A DNA stretch of 64,000 nt from an uncultured Saprospiraceae bacterium (GCA_964486185.1 CAZALD010000013.1:34897-98896); one strand, 5' to 3'. Counted from the first letter of the stretch, positions 18,098 to 29,005 are shown. Notes: a model not told the origin generated them from the sequence alone. Made by a program: numbers and translations.

Positions 18098-19204
18098 ATG
18101 AAAAAACCTACCCTTGCAATCATCACTTGTCTTCTCATTTTAAATTTAGAAATGGTATCCACCCAGTTGGATTCTATTTTGCACCAGGGGATTTACAGAA
18201 CATTTATCGTTCACATTCCCAAAAATTTTCCTACCAAACCTGTTCCACTGGTTTTGAATTTTCATGGTTTGAATTCAAATGCAGCACAACAGGAATTGTA
18301 TTCTCAATTTAACAGAGTAGCTGACAGTCTTGGATTTATTGTGGTATATCCAAATGCGGTGAATGGATCCTGGAATTTTTCTTCAGATAAGGATGTGGAT
18401 TTTATTTCTAAACTTATTGATACCATTCGTCCACGCTATTCAATCTCTGGTTGCTTGTTCCTGACCGGAATGTCGATGGGTGGGTTTATGTGTTACCATT
18501 TGGCGTGTAGCCTGAATAAAGAAATTACAGCGATTGCTGTTGTAGCCGGCAATATGCTGCATGTGCAGCAACGATTCTGTAATCCTCTTAAAGGTTTACC
18601 GGTGCTGCATTTCCACGGTACGATGGATGCCATTGTGAGTTACCAGGGTGCATCGGGTATTCCTCCGGTTGACAGTACCATACAATGGTGGGTACAACAA
18701 AATAATTGTAATCCCGATCCAGTAGTTTTTGTGCTTCCGGATCTCGATCCTACCGATCGCTGCCACGTACTTGACTACATGTTTAAAGCTGGACGAGACA
18801 ACAGCGAGGTACGACTTTATAAAATAATCGATGGAGGTCATACCTGGCCAGGTGCTTTTCCGGTACCAGCACTTGGACCGACCAATCAGGATATTCAAGC
18901 AAGCCAGATCATTGGTGGCTTTTTTAGGCAACACTGCCAGGGCACAACAAATCAGCAGAATAGTAAAAATGATGTATTACCATACATAATCCCCAATCCG
19001 GCAAATCTATTCCTGCAAATCAAATGGGCAGATCAAAACTATGCAATCCGGATATGGGATATTAACGGAAACATTCTTATTCAACAAAAACAAATGATCC
19101 TGGATCACGACATTGACCTTAGTATATTAACAAATGGGATTTACTTTCTCGAACTTTATAATCAAGACATTCGTATTCGAAGTAAAATTTTTGTTATCCA
19201 TTAA
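18098..19204 (+). CDS. Secreted PHB-depolymerase-family esterase with a type A T9SS C-terminal sorting domain
   Basis: Signal peptide, alpha/beta-hydrolase nucleophile elbow GMSMGG, and the C-terminal Por-type tail PNPANLFLQI...LTNGIYFLELYN...KIFVIH. Confidence 0.7.
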   Translation: MKKPTLAIITCLLILNLEMVSTQLDSILHQGIYRTFIVHIPKNFPTKPVPLVLNFHGLNSNAAQQELYSQFNRVADSLGFIVVYPNAVNGSWNFSSDKDVDFISKLIDTIRPRYSISGCLFLTGMSMGGFMCYHLACSLNKEITAIAVVAGNMLHVQQRFCNPLKGLPVLHFHGTMDAIVSYQGASGIPPVDSTIQWWVQQNNCNPDPVVFVLPDLDPTDRCHVLDYMFKAGRDNSEVRLYKIIDGGHTWPGAFPVPALGPTNQDIQASQIIGGFFRQHCQGTTNQQNSKNDVLPYIIPNPANLFLQIKWADQNYAIRIWDINGNILIQQKQMILDHDIDLSILTNGIYFLELYNQDIRIRSKIFVIH

Positions 19205-19241
19205 TCTATTTGCAAGTCTCGTTTTTATTTACCTCAAGGGA

Positions 19242-20678
19242 TTATTTCTTTGACTCCAGAAGCTCTTTAAACGAAATCATCCGGAAGCTCAGGGATAGAA
19301 TAAACAAGGCGAGCATGGTCAGGGCAATTTTAAGCATCCACAAAAGTGGCAGATAATAAATAGCCAAACCGATTGCTGCAGACGATAATGAAAACAAGAA
19401 CAAGCAATATATAAACTGCCTATCGATATGAAGAAACTTCTTTTGACGAATGTAGAAAATCTGAATCAGCATAATCATTGTATGAACAATAACCGCTGTA
19501 TAGGCTGCACCAATCAGTTTCCATTGTGTTATAAAAATTAAGTTGAGTACTACACTGAGTAAACTTCCCCAAAAATAAATCTGATACAATTTATGTTCCT
19601 GGTGAACAGCTGGTAAAAGGGCACCCAAAATATAGTTTATACTGGCTGGTAAAAAAGATATCATAATCAGACCAAAAGTTTGAGACCAATACGGATCTGT
19701 TTGATGATATAATAATAGTATGATTTCTTTGGAATAAAGGACGGAAACCAATACAATGCATACCGTGATTACATAAAGTAAATTCAGGGAAACTTTGAAT
19801 AAATCACTAAGTTTTGAGACATCCAGATATACTGCAGAAAACATCGCCAATAATAAACTGCCAAACGCTAAAGAAATCATGCTGCCGGCTTCAAACAATC
19901 TCATGGATGCCGCATAAATGCCAGCTTCATGGTCACCGTCTTGCAGTAGTTTTCCAATCAATACCACATCCATTTTTATATACACGGAATTAAATAAATA
20001 GATCAGGGCAAAAGGCAGACAAGCTATAAGGATTTTTTTAATTTGATTAAATTCGATATTCCAAAATGCAAGGCGAATGTGTTGGCTTTTTATAAAAACC
20101 AGTACGGCGCACAGGGTGATAAACAGAGAAATTGATTGAATCCATACAAAAGATTCAATCGAAATCCAACTACTGAAATAGGGATGCCATAACAAAATGG
20201 AACCCAGAATAATTAAAAGCAGCCGGTCAAGGATGGAAAAAAAACTATCCGTCTTATAAAAACCCAGTCCGGAAATATTGGATCTTATAAAAAATATAAA
20301 ACTGACAAGTATTTGATTACAGGCCAGGTGAAATATAAAAGGATACAATGCTGCATCATAATTCATTGCCCATACAAAAAGAAAAACAGCAAAAATATAG
20401 ACCAACGACAAGGCAATTTTTACTCCGGCAAAATCCTTATGACGGAGTTTTATTTCTTCCCGGTTTTGACTTGCAAATCGATTTGTATAATTCTGAATAC
20501 CGAAATCATTGATAAATTGAAATATCAGAGTTATGTTGAATAAAGTATAATAAAGACCATATTCCTGGGTACCTACTGCAATTTGCATAGACCTGTCTAT
20601 ACCCAGTAAATAGAAAGCTTTAACGCAAAGATTTGCCAGCAGCAGCAGGACGATATTAATGGCAAACTCTCTTTTCAT
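19242..20678 (-). CDS. Polysaccharide flippase-like polytopic membrane protein (MOP/Wzx-type)
   Basis: 478 aa with at least 12 hydrophobic segments, the size and topology typical of Wzx-like exporters. No catalytic motif to anchor the call. Confidence 0.5.
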   Translation of the reverse strand: MKREFAINIVLLLLANLCVKAFYLLGIDRSMQIAVGTQEYGLYYTLFNITLIFQFINDFGIQNYTNRFASQNREEIKLRHKDFAGVKIALSLVYIFAVFLFVWAMNYDAALYPFIFHLACNQILVSFIFFIRSNISGLGFYKTDSFFSILDRLLLIILGSILLWHPYFSSWISIESFVWIQSISLFITLCAVLVFIKSQHIRLAFWNIEFNQIKKILIACLPFALIYLFNSVYIKMDVVLIGKLLQDGDHEAGIYAASMRLFEAGSMISLAFGSLLLAMFSAVYLDVSKLSDLFKVSLNLLYVITVCIVLVSVLYSKEIILLLYHQTDPYWSQTFGLIMISFLPASINYILGALLPAVHQEHKLYQIYFWGSLLSVVLNLIFITQWKLIGAAYTAVIVHTMIMLIQIFYIRQKKFLHIDRQFIYCLFLFSLSSAAIGLAIYYLPLLWMLKIALTMLALFILSLSFRMISFKELLESKK

Positions 20679-20808
20679 TCAGACCGAAAGATACAAATGA
20701 GAATGCTCAATTGTCTTTTTCCCGTAAAATAGAGGATTGCAAAAAGTCTTCCGAAAATATGTTCGGGGAATAAGCGGTTTTAATTAATTTGGCCTGTATT
20801 TCAAGCAA

Positions 20809-23214
20809 ATGAATCCAGAAAAAATGATTTTTAGCAGATATATTTTCATATTCAGCCTGATCTTTATGTGTATCGGGCTTTCAGCCCAGCATATACGGTT
20901 TCAGAAAACGTATTCGCCTGAAACGTATAAAAGTGGAGTAAAAAATAAGGAAGCAACATTTTATGATGTAGAAACCCTCTCTGATGACGGCTTTGCTACT
21001 TTGGGATTCCTCACAGACAGTACCAATAATTCACAGGGATTTATGGCGCGATACGATTGTACAGGTAAAGTTATCTGGACGAAACAACTTGGATTTTCCG
21101 GCTCGCCAACCAATACAAATGCAGGTATTGTGGAAGCAGATAATGGAGATATTGTATTTAGTTTTAATCTCGGTACCGGTTTTTTCAGAGCCTCTATTTT
21201 ATGTGGACGGATAAATACAGCCGGGCAGGTTGTCTGGATGAAGCGCATTGGCAACAATACAGAATTTGGCCGGGATATCGCAAAAACCCGGGATGGAGGG
21301 TTTATCGTGGCTGGGAGTACCGCTTTTTATGGTACGGATAATACAGCGGCAGATATCTATCTTTTTAAACTCGATGCTAATGGAAATATACTTTGGACAA
21401 AAGCCTTTGGCAATCCTGCTGGTACTTATGATGAAGCGTATTCCGTTAAAATAGATTCCAGAGATTTTATTATAGTGGGTGGCCGGTGCATTGCAGATGG
21501 AACCTTCCAGGCATTTATTTTAAAAGCAGATCCAAACGGGAATCCGGTAGGTTTTAAAACTTACGGGTATAATAATCAGCGAACCAATTCATTTGATCTG
21601 ATTGTGGATAAAAATGACAATTATCTGATCACCGGTTTTACTACCATTCTGGAAATTGATCATACCAGTTCTGAAAGCGATCCTTTTTTAATCAAAGTAG
21701 ACTCTGCTTTAAATACTCAGTTTGCCAATGTGTATGAAGTCAACCGGGGTACCGACAACAGTACAATAGGAGAAGGTCTTTGTCAGCTTGAAAACGGGGA
21801 TTATGCTATCGGTGTAAGCAGCCTGGCTTTTTCCACACATAATATTTCAGGTCCGAATGCGCCCAATAAAAATGCATTGTACATCATTCAGAATAATGGC
21901 AATCTGCGAAAAGCTTTTTTGTATAATCGCCATGCTTCTCAATATACCCGCGTCAGAAACAGTAGTTTTGGATCCGTGTTATTAAGTGGTTTTTCGAGAG
22001 CATATACCGATAAAATTCATAGCCAGGGATTAATTATCAAAACCGACAATCAATTTCTCACAGGTTGTTTTGACATCGATGTAAGCGGGGAAATTAATGT
22101 ATTTAAACCTGTATGGCAAATTGCAGACTTTAATTATCAAATGAGATCTGGTACCAGATCGGTTGATTATCTCAGTTATAATGATACCGCACTAACTGAA
22201 ACAGTTCTTTGTGAAGAAATTCCTGTTCTGACTCCCGACTTTGAAGGCCCTGATACAATCTGTGCCGGTAATGCCGTGTTTACCGATCTTTCTGCCGGTC
22301 CGGGAGCCCGATTTTGGCTGGTTAATAATGACACTATACATCAATCTGGTGATCTGAATTATTTTTTTTCACCGGGTACACACACCATAACAAGAGTTTT
22401 GAAGTTTTCGTGTATCGTGAAAGAATTTTCCAAAACCCTGGTCGTTTCCGATGCCTATATGGACACTTTCCGCATCGTACTCTGTCAAGGTCAAAGATAT
22501 ACCTTCAGAGATTCCAGTTACAGTGCAAGCGGATTTCATCAGTATATCGCCTCAGGAAATGGAGCCTGTGATTCAATTTTTACTCTTCAACTGTCGATTC
22601 AAAATTCTCAGATACTAAATGAATCCTTTAGTTATTGTGGAACCGATACCACCCTTTATGGTAAAACATTTGACAAGGCAGGAGATTATTCCATTGTTTT
22701 AAAAAACAGGAATGATTGTGACAGTGTACAAATCAATCTGAAACTATCAATACGGTATTCAAGCAGTCATGAAGATTTAAAAGAACAGTTTTTCTGCGAT
22801 TCGTTTGTCTATGAAAAATTAATACTAAAACGTCCAGGCGACTATAAAAATATTCCGGTAGATACCACGGCAGATTGTACCATAAAATATATTTCTGTAA
22901 ACCTGAAGGAAAATTGCGATTGCCTTGAATTTCCAAATGTATTTACTCCGGAAAATGGCGATGATCTCAATAATGATTTTTTACCTCATAATCCCTGCGG
23001 TGATGATGTATTTGATTATAAAATGGTAATATACAACCGCTGGGGACAAAAAGTATTTGAATCTACCGATGTTCAGTCTGGATGGAATGGCCGTTATAAG
23101 GGAGATCCGGCACCAATGGAAACTTACTTATATGTTTCTGATTATAAAATCCGTTATAATGATACATTTATTAAATCAAAATCCAAAAAAGCTACGGTAA
23201 CTTTAATCAGATAA
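20809..23214 (+). CDS. Large secreted protein with a type B T9SS sorting domain (gliding motility-associated C-terminal domain)
   Basis: Signal peptide. The C-terminus FPNVFTPENGDDLNNDF...MVIYNRWGQKVFES...WNGRYKG...ETYLYV...KATVTLIR matches the CHU_C/type B CTD consensus. Confidence 0.85.
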   Translation: MNPEKMIFSRYIFIFSLIFMCIGLSAQHIRFQKTYSPETYKSGVKNKEATFYDVETLSDDGFATLGFLTDSTNNSQGFMARYDCTGKVIWTKQLGFSGSPTNTNAGIVEADNGDIVFSFNLGTGFFRASILCGRINTAGQVVWMKRIGNNTEFGRDIAKTRDGGFIVAGSTAFYGTDNTAADIYLFKLDANGNILWTKAFGNPAGTYDEAYSVKIDSRDFIIVGGRCIADGTFQAFILKADPNGNPVGFKTYGYNNQRTNSFDLIVDKNDNYLITGFTTILEIDHTSSESDPFLIKVDSALNTQFANVYEVNRGTDNSTIGEGLCQLENGDYAIGVSSLAFSTHNISGPNAPNKNALYIIQNNGNLRKAFLYNRHASQYTRVRNSSFGSVLLSGFSRAYTDKIHSQGLIIKTDNQFLTGCFDIDVSGEINVFKPVWQIADFNYQMRSGTRSVDYLSYNDTALTETVLCEEIPVLTPDFEGPDTICAGNAVFTDLSAGPGARFWLVNNDTIHQSGDLNYFFSPGTHTITRVLKFSCIVKEFSKTLVVSDAYMDTFRIVLCQGQRYTFRDSSYSASGFHQYIASGNGACDSIFTLQLSIQNSQILNESFSYCGTDTTLYGKTFDKAGDYSIVLKNRNDCDSVQINLKLSIRYSSSHEDLKEQFFCDSFVYEKLILKRPGDYKNIPVDTTADCTIKYISVNLKENCDCLEFPNVFTPENGDDLNNDFLPHNPCGDDVFDYKMVIYNRWGQKVFESTDVQSGWNGRYKGDPAPMETYLYVSDYKIRYNDTFIKSKSKKATVTLIR

Positions 23215-23215
23215 G

Positions 23216-26200
23216 ATGAATTATAAGATATTATTTGTTTTGATCTGTATCTTTTTTATTTCTGCGGATACAGATGCACAATATTTTGGAAGAAATAAAC
23301 CAAAGTATAATGATTTGCAGTTTAAGATTTTTGAAACAGCTCATTTTAGTATTTACTATTATGATCTGGATTCAAGTATGATTTCAAAATATGCTTCCTG
23401 GTTTGAAACCTGGTATGAAATTCATTCCAACGTTCTTGATGAAAAATTTATTGGCCGCAATCCGGTTGTACTATATAATAATCATGGAGACTTTCAGCAA
23501 AATTTTATCATCGGAGGTAATGTGGATGTTGGCACAGGTGGTGTGACAGAAGGGATGAGAAACCGGATTGTTTTACCAATCGCTTTAACCAATGATCAGA
23601 GTTTTCATGTCATAGGTCACGAGCTTGTACACGCTTTTCAATATAACATGATTCTGCGGGGTGATTCTTTATCCATACAATCTTTACAGAACTATCCTCT
23701 ATGGATTATTGAAGGACTTGCAGAATATTTATCAAAAGGCAGGGAAGACGTTCATACTGCCATGTGGATGAGGGATGCCGTAATTCAGAAGGAGTTACCT
23801 CCATTATCAAAATTGGACAGACCTGAATATTTTCCGTACCGGTTTGGACAAGCGTTCTGGTCATTTTTTGCCGGCATGTTTGGAGATGATAAAATCAAAC
23901 CATTTTTTCTGTCAATTGGTAAGTATGGATTAAATATTGCCAGCCAGGATGTATTGGGGATTCAGCTGGATACTTTATCCAATATCTGGCAGCGAACTCT
24001 GACTGAACATTATACTAAGCAATTTCCCAATTCATATCTTCCCGGTAAAAAAATTATCACAGACGATAATTCGGGCCGAATTAATATTTCTCCATCACTA
24101 AGTCCTAATGGAAAGTATATCTGTTATCTTTCTGAAAAAAATTTATTTACCACCGATCTGTTTATAGCAGAAGCAGGCAATGGAAAAATTATTAAAAAAT
24201 TATTCAGCACGGCGAAAGAAGGACATATTGATAATTTGAATAGTCTGGAATCTGCCGGTACCTGGTCTCCTGATTCAAAGCGCTTTGCCTTTGCCGCATT
24301 TAAAAAAGGACGGAGTACCCTTATTATTAAAGATGTGGAAAAAGGAAAAACAACAGAGGAAATAACTTTTAAAGAATTACCCTATTTTAGTAATCCTGCA
24401 TGGTCGCCAGATGGTAAACAAATACTGGTTTCCGGATTGAAAAACGGACAAACCGATTTATATCTCTATACTTTAAAAACCAAAACTTTAAACCAATTAA
24501 CCAACTCAGTTTATTCTGAAATTCATCCTGATTGGTCTCCGGATGGCCGGCAGATTGTTTTTGCCACAGATGAAATTTCATTTCAGAAAAAACCTGTAAA
24601 TGGTTATTGGCATTATAATCTTGCGATAATGGATTTGGATACCCGCTTGATACATCACCGACAATTTTTTCCAGGTACGAATAATTTAAATCCACAGTTT
24701 AGCCGTAATGGTAATATACTTTTTTTAAGTGATCGCGATGGCAGCAATAATATTTATGAATATGTAGCGGATTCAGCCACGATAAATCAACTAAGTTATT
24801 CTCGTACAGGGGTAAGTAGTTTGACTCCATTTGGTCCGGCAATATCTGTTTCCGGCAATAGAGATCGCCTGGTATATAGCTATTATACCGGAAATAGTTT
24901 TCAGATTCATCAGTTGTCTCTTGACCGGATAGAAAGAAGGACGGTGGATTCTACAGAAATTAACCGAAGTGAAGCTGTACTGCCATTAATAAATCCAAGA
25001 CGTATTGATCAGGTTAATACTCAAATCAATAGTTTGAATGATGTTTCTGTTTCAACAGATAGTTTCAGAATAAAACCATACAAATCAAAATTTGCACTGG
25101 CGTATGTGGGCGCCAATGGCGGTGCCGGATATGGCGGAAATTATATATCCGGTGGCGTGGGATTAAATGGTGGAGTCGATTTATTATTTAATGATATGCT
25201 GGGCAATCATCAGTTGTACACGGGTCTGGCATTAAATGGAGAGGTCTCAGATATTTCTGCTGCTTTATCATATATCAACAGAAGTAAAACTTTGCCCTGG
25301 GGTGCCACTATACAGCATCAACCCAATCGATTTTTAAATTATGTGCCGGGTTTTACCCGTCAGAATTTTGTCGATGACAGAGGTAATCAATTTTCTGCAT
25401 ACGCAGATACTACTGAAGTTTTGCGAATATTTGAAGATCAGATAGGACTCTTTACACAGTATCCATTATCTGTTACACAGCGTTTTGAAATCGGTGCCGG
25501 TACTTCTTATCGGTTTTTTAGTCTGGAGCGCATCTATGATTTTTATGATGACATCAATAAGTTTTTTTATATCGGTAGCCAACGTGAAAAAATTCCATTA
25601 GGTTCCAGTATTAATCTGGGTAATTATCGGATTGAAAAAGGTTGGTTATCCAATTTGAATGCAGCCTGGGTAGGCGATAATTCGTATTTCGGATTGACCT
25701 CACCCATGCTTGGTTATCGTTACCGCGTAGGTATTGAAAAATATTTCGGGCAATATGATTTTCTCGCCAGTACGCTGGACGGCCGTAAATATTACTGGAT
25801 TAAACCGTTTACACTGGCATTTCGAGTATTGCAATATTCCAGATACGGAAAAGATGCAGCCAATTTTTATCCGACGCTGTTGGGTCAGTATGGTTTGATG
25901 CATGGGTATGGTTTTAATCAACTGGATGAGTTGCGCACAAAGCATGGAATATTATATGAACAAATCAGCGGATCCAAAATCGCTATGGCTTCTTTTGAAT
26001 TCCGCTTGCCACTTACCGGACCAAAGCGTTTTGCCTTATTGCCATTTGCATTCTTACCCATTGAGTTGAATATCTTTTTGGATGGCGGCGTGGCCTGGGA
26101 TGATTTTCGCGATTTTACATCAGATCTTGAGTTTTTACAACCGCTACCGGTATTTAGTGCAGGATTTGGATTCCGCGTCAATCTGTTTGGAGCCATAGTA

Positions 26201-26278
26201 CTCGAACCCTATTTTGCCTGGCCTCTGCTCAAAAACAGTTCGGCAGAATTTGGTTTAAACTTTTTTCCGGGGTGGTAA
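23216..26278 (+). CDS. Chimeric outer-membrane protein: HExxH metallopeptidase-like domain, PD40/TolB beta-propeller repeats, and a C-terminal beta-barrel
   Basis: Signal peptide, then HELVHAFQ ... EGLAEYL. There are at least 5 PD40 signatures (SPNGKY, WSPDSKRF, WSPDGKQI, WSPDGRQI, FSRNGN). A Gly-rich alternating C-terminal 400 aa ends in FFPGW. Confidence 0.65.
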   Translation: MNYKILFVLICIFFISADTDAQYFGRNKPKYNDLQFKIFETAHFSIYYYDLDSSMISKYASWFETWYEIHSNVLDEKFIGRNPVVLYNNHGDFQQNFIIGGNVDVGTGGVTEGMRNRIVLPIALTNDQSFHVIGHELVHAFQYNMILRGDSLSIQSLQNYPLWIIEGLAEYLSKGREDVHTAMWMRDAVIQKELPPLSKLDRPEYFPYRFGQAFWSFFAGMFGDDKIKPFFLSIGKYGLNIASQDVLGIQLDTLSNIWQRTLTEHYTKQFPNSYLPGKKIITDDNSGRINISPSLSPNGKYICYLSEKNLFTTDLFIAEAGNGKIIKKLFSTAKEGHIDNLNSLESAGTWSPDSKRFAFAAFKKGRSTLIIKDVEKGKTTEEITFKELPYFSNPAWSPDGKQILVSGLKNGQTDLYLYTLKTKTLNQLTNSVYSEIHPDWSPDGRQIVFATDEISFQKKPVNGYWHYNLAIMDLDTRLIHHRQFFPGTNNLNPQFSRNGNILFLSDRDGSNNIYEYVADSATINQLSYSRTGVSSLTPFGPAISVSGNRDRLVYSYYTGNSFQIHQLSLDRIERRTVDSTEINRSEAVLPLINPRRIDQVNTQINSLNDVSVSTDSFRIKPYKSKFALAYVGANGGAGYGGNYISGGVGLNGGVDLLFNDMLGNHQLYTGLALNGEVSDISAALSYINRSKTLPWGATIQHQPNRFLNYVPGFTRQNFVDDRGNQFSAYADTTEVLRIFEDQIGLFTQYPLSVTQRFEIGAGTSYRFFSLERIYDFYDDINKFFYIGSQREKIPLGSSINLGNYRIEKGWLSNLNAAWVGDNSYFGLTSPMLGYRYRVGIEKYFGQYDFLASTLDGRKYYWIKPFTLAFRVLQYSRYGKDAANFYPTLLGQYGLMHGYGFNQLDELRTKHGILYEQISGSKIAMASFEFRLPLTGPKRFALLPFAFLPIELNIFLDGGVAWDDFRDFTSDLEFLQPLPVFSAGFGFRVNLFGAIVLEPYFAWPLLKNSSAEFGLNFFPGW

Positions 26279-26565
26279 ACACTCCGTTGCTTTAAATTAT
26301 AGAAATTTAATTAAAAGGTTTATTAAAATTCTTTTCCTGACTATTATACAAAAAGACATACATGCTATACGATTCAGGATCTCTGCTCAATAAATGCTTA
26401 TTATGATAAGAGTATTTAGTCAATTATAATTTTATGTTCCGAATTATTGATTCTCTCTTTAAAACAATTTGAAACCATTCTTTAGGAAAAACCAATACCT
26501 TTTTAATTTGAAAATTCTCTACCTTTAAGGCGTAACTCAAATTTTATTAACGAAAAACTCAAATT

Positions 26566-27066
26566 ATGTCTATTAATTGGTTAGTGGTATTAGGATCAGG
26601 ATTGATTCCTTTACTTATTGGTTTTGTCTGGTATCATCCCAAAGTTTTTGGTACGGTTTGGTTTCAATTGTCAGGGGTATCTGAAGAAAAAGCTAAAACA
26701 GCTAATATGCCTTTGATTTTTGGATTAACTGTGGTGTTTGGTATTTTTCTGGCATTCGCCATGATGATGATGAGCATTCATCAGATGCACATGATGTCCA
26801 CCCTGATGAATGTTCCGGGATTCGGACAGGAAGGGACCGAAGTCAATAATTATTATCTCGATTTTATGACGAAGTACGGCAATGAATTCAGAACATTTAA
26901 ACATGGCGCAGCACACGGTTTGCTCGGAGGACTAATTACGGTCTTACCTGTGATTGCCGTAAATGGTTTGTTCGAACAAAAAAGTTTTAAGTATATACTG
27001 ATCAATACAGGCTACTGGGTTTGTTGTATGATCCTGATGGGCGGATTTATTTGCGCGTATGCATAA
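26566..27066 (+). CDS. DUF1761-like small membrane protein
   Basis: Four hydrophobic segments. The N-terminus LIGFVWYHPKVFGTVW resembles DUF1761. Confidence 0.5.
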   Translation: MSINWLVVLGSGLIPLLIGFVWYHPKVFGTVWFQLSGVSEEKAKTANMPLIFGLTVVFGIFLAFAMMMMSIHQMHMMSTLMNVPGFGQEGTEVNNYYLDFMTKYGNEFRTFKHGAAHGLLGGLITVLPVIAVNGLFEQKSFKYILINTGYWVCCMILMGGFICAYA

Positions 27067-27106
27067 AAGTTAAGATACACATAAAAAGCAATAAGCTTTT
27101 AACAAG

Positions 27107-27150
27107 AAATGGGGATTTCGTCCGACTGGATGTAAATCCCCATTTTTTTT
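27107..27150 (+). terminator. Rho-independent terminator after the DUF1761 gene
   Basis: aaatggggattt ... aaatccccattt (12-bp stem) followed by a T-run. Confidence 0.65.
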
Positions 27151-27168
27151 ATTTTTGGAATGTCAGAT

Positions 27169-27789
27169 CTACGGAGATTTTATTTTTTTCAGTTTGATGC
27201 GGTAATAGACATATACCATACTCGAGCTCAATAATGCCAGGGCCATATCCTTATGGGCATCCCAGATATCACCTTGCTGACCATTGTAATTTTCCGTGGA
27301 TTCGGGCGACAAAAGAATCGAGACATACCATTCCATGACTTCATAAAGCATGCCTAAGGTTTGTATCGCCAACCAACCAACCAGGTTAGCCACCGGCATC
27401 GATAGTTTTACCCTGCGCCGATAATATTCTAATAAATACGGATAGAATAAAAATCCGGAAACGAAGTGGACAAAACGATCGTATTGATTGCGTGTAAAAC
27501 CAAAATACGCATTTATATCCCAGCCAAAGAGCGAAACGGCCCAGTCATTATAAGGCACATACGAATACAACCAGTGCGCTCCAATAATATGAAACACATT
27601 AAACAGGGCTATACATACGAATGCAAAAAACGAAAGAAACTCATTCCGGATATCAGCTGCCAGAATAATCAGAATGATCAATGTCCCGATGTGATGTAAC
27701 ATGACATCTTTTGGATATGCCACATCAAAACAAGACAATAGGGCAAGCAGTACTAAAATCGTCCAAACTATTTTTTTCCTGGAAAACAT
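27169..27789 (-). CDS. DUF2238/YjdF-like integral membrane protein
   Basis: Polytopic membrane ORF of 206 aa. The family assignment is from memory only. Confidence 0.45.
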   Translation of the reverse strand: MFSRKKIVWTILVLLALLSCFDVAYPKDVMLHHIGTLIILIILAADIRNEFLSFFAFVCIALFNVFHIIGAHWLYSYVPYNDWAVSLFGWDINAYFGFTRNQYDRFVHFVSGFLFYPYLLEYYRRRVKLSMPVANLVGWLAIQTLGMLYEVMEWYVSILLSPESTENYNGQQGDIWDAHKDMALALLSSSMVYVYYRIKLKKIKSP

Positions 27790-27914
27790 AAAACCAAGTT
27801 TAGCTAATAGAATCCTTCGCTATGCGAATAGCTTCCATAAAATTACAAATCGTTTTCTCAGCTTTTAATTTGTTGTATCCTCTTTCATGAATTCTCCTTA
27901 GCGGATACCAGGTA

Positions 27915-28604
27915 TTACCGGCTATGAGATCCTAAGGATTTAGACTTGCAGAGATTATCGATAAATGCTTCATCAAATTTAATGGCTTTAAATGGCAATT
28001 CCCGTTCTGTCAGTCTGGTAATAGTACCAGTCATGGTGTAGTTTTTAAATTTGTGTACAGACTTCAGGATCAATCCACCATTGGTCATTTTGCCGTAAAA
28101 TGACCAGTTATAGGCTTTGTGATTTTTATAGGTGTCTGGCGCAATGCGTATTAATTGGCTAATGTAATACCGGGTCCAGAAATATTTGGATTGAATTTCA
28201 AGAATGGTACAGGGATGTCCGAAAATTAATTCATCGCTGGGATACATGGTGTAATGTAACACAGAATCTGTCTCAACTCCATAATCCTCGCATTCATAAT
28301 TTTTTTTGCCGTTTGTTTCTGAAATACAGAGATTCGAAGTTCCGGAATATGAGTAGCTGACAGTCTCTTTCCCAATAAACGTGCTTTGATAATTTTTCAG
28401 ATCATACCGGAAAATACTTTTTCTGTATTTGCAGGCTCTGAGGGAATCCTGATTTAATACATCCGAGCTGTAGGAATAACTGTACTCGAGTTCGCCGATA
28501 AAAATATCGGGATCTGGTTCACTGATTTCCTGTGAAGAAATATCAACCGGAAAAAACATCCGGGATAAATAAACTACCGATAGCAGAAATAGGTTCTTCA
28601 TCAC
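27915..28604 (-). CDS. Secreted hypothetical protein
   Basis: Long ORF with an N-terminal signal-like hydrophobic segment. No recognisable motif. Confidence 0.45.
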   Translation of the reverse strand: MMKNLFLLSVVYLSRMFFPVDISSQEISEPDPDIFIGELEYSYSYSSDVLNQDSLRACKYRKSIFRYDLKNYQSTFIGKETVSYSYSGTSNLCISETNGKKNYECEDYGVETDSVLHYTMYPSDELIFGHPCTILEIQSKYFWTRYYISQLIRIAPDTYKNHKAYNWSFYGKMTNGGLILKSVHKFKNYTMTGTITRLTERELPFKAIKFDEAFIDNLCKSKSLGSHSR

Positions 28605-28955
28605 TTAGTTCATTTTAGTAAACAAATAGATACTCTCAAATTTGAAAAATACCTCTTTCAGGTGATTAGGATTATAATGAATCAATAGCCTAATTTAGTA
28701 TAAATTATCCACAAAATCAACAAAGTCTTGAATATCAAGGCATTTTCAAGAATTACCCCATGCCGAAATTTGAATATAGACCAGGTCTGACGGTGTCAAC
28801 TGAAGGGGTGATTGCAAACTATTAAATAATACACCTTAGCCATCTTAAGTAATTGATAATCTGATAGTAAATTGAATTCATAACTAAAATAAATACCAGT
28901 CTAAAATAAAAATTAGACAAGACTAATAAATTAAGACAAGAAGAGAGAATTACAG

Positions 28956-28963
28956 TATCTTTG
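28956..28963 (+). promoter_or_regulatory. -7 box TAnnTTTG (TATCTTTG) upstream of sucB
   Basis: Exact motif match, 42 nt before the ATG at 29006. This argues against the longer track start at 28961. Confidence 0.4.
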
Positions 28964-29005
28964 CCTTCGAAATTTTTTACAAAAAAATACCTGTATCTCA
29001 ATTCT

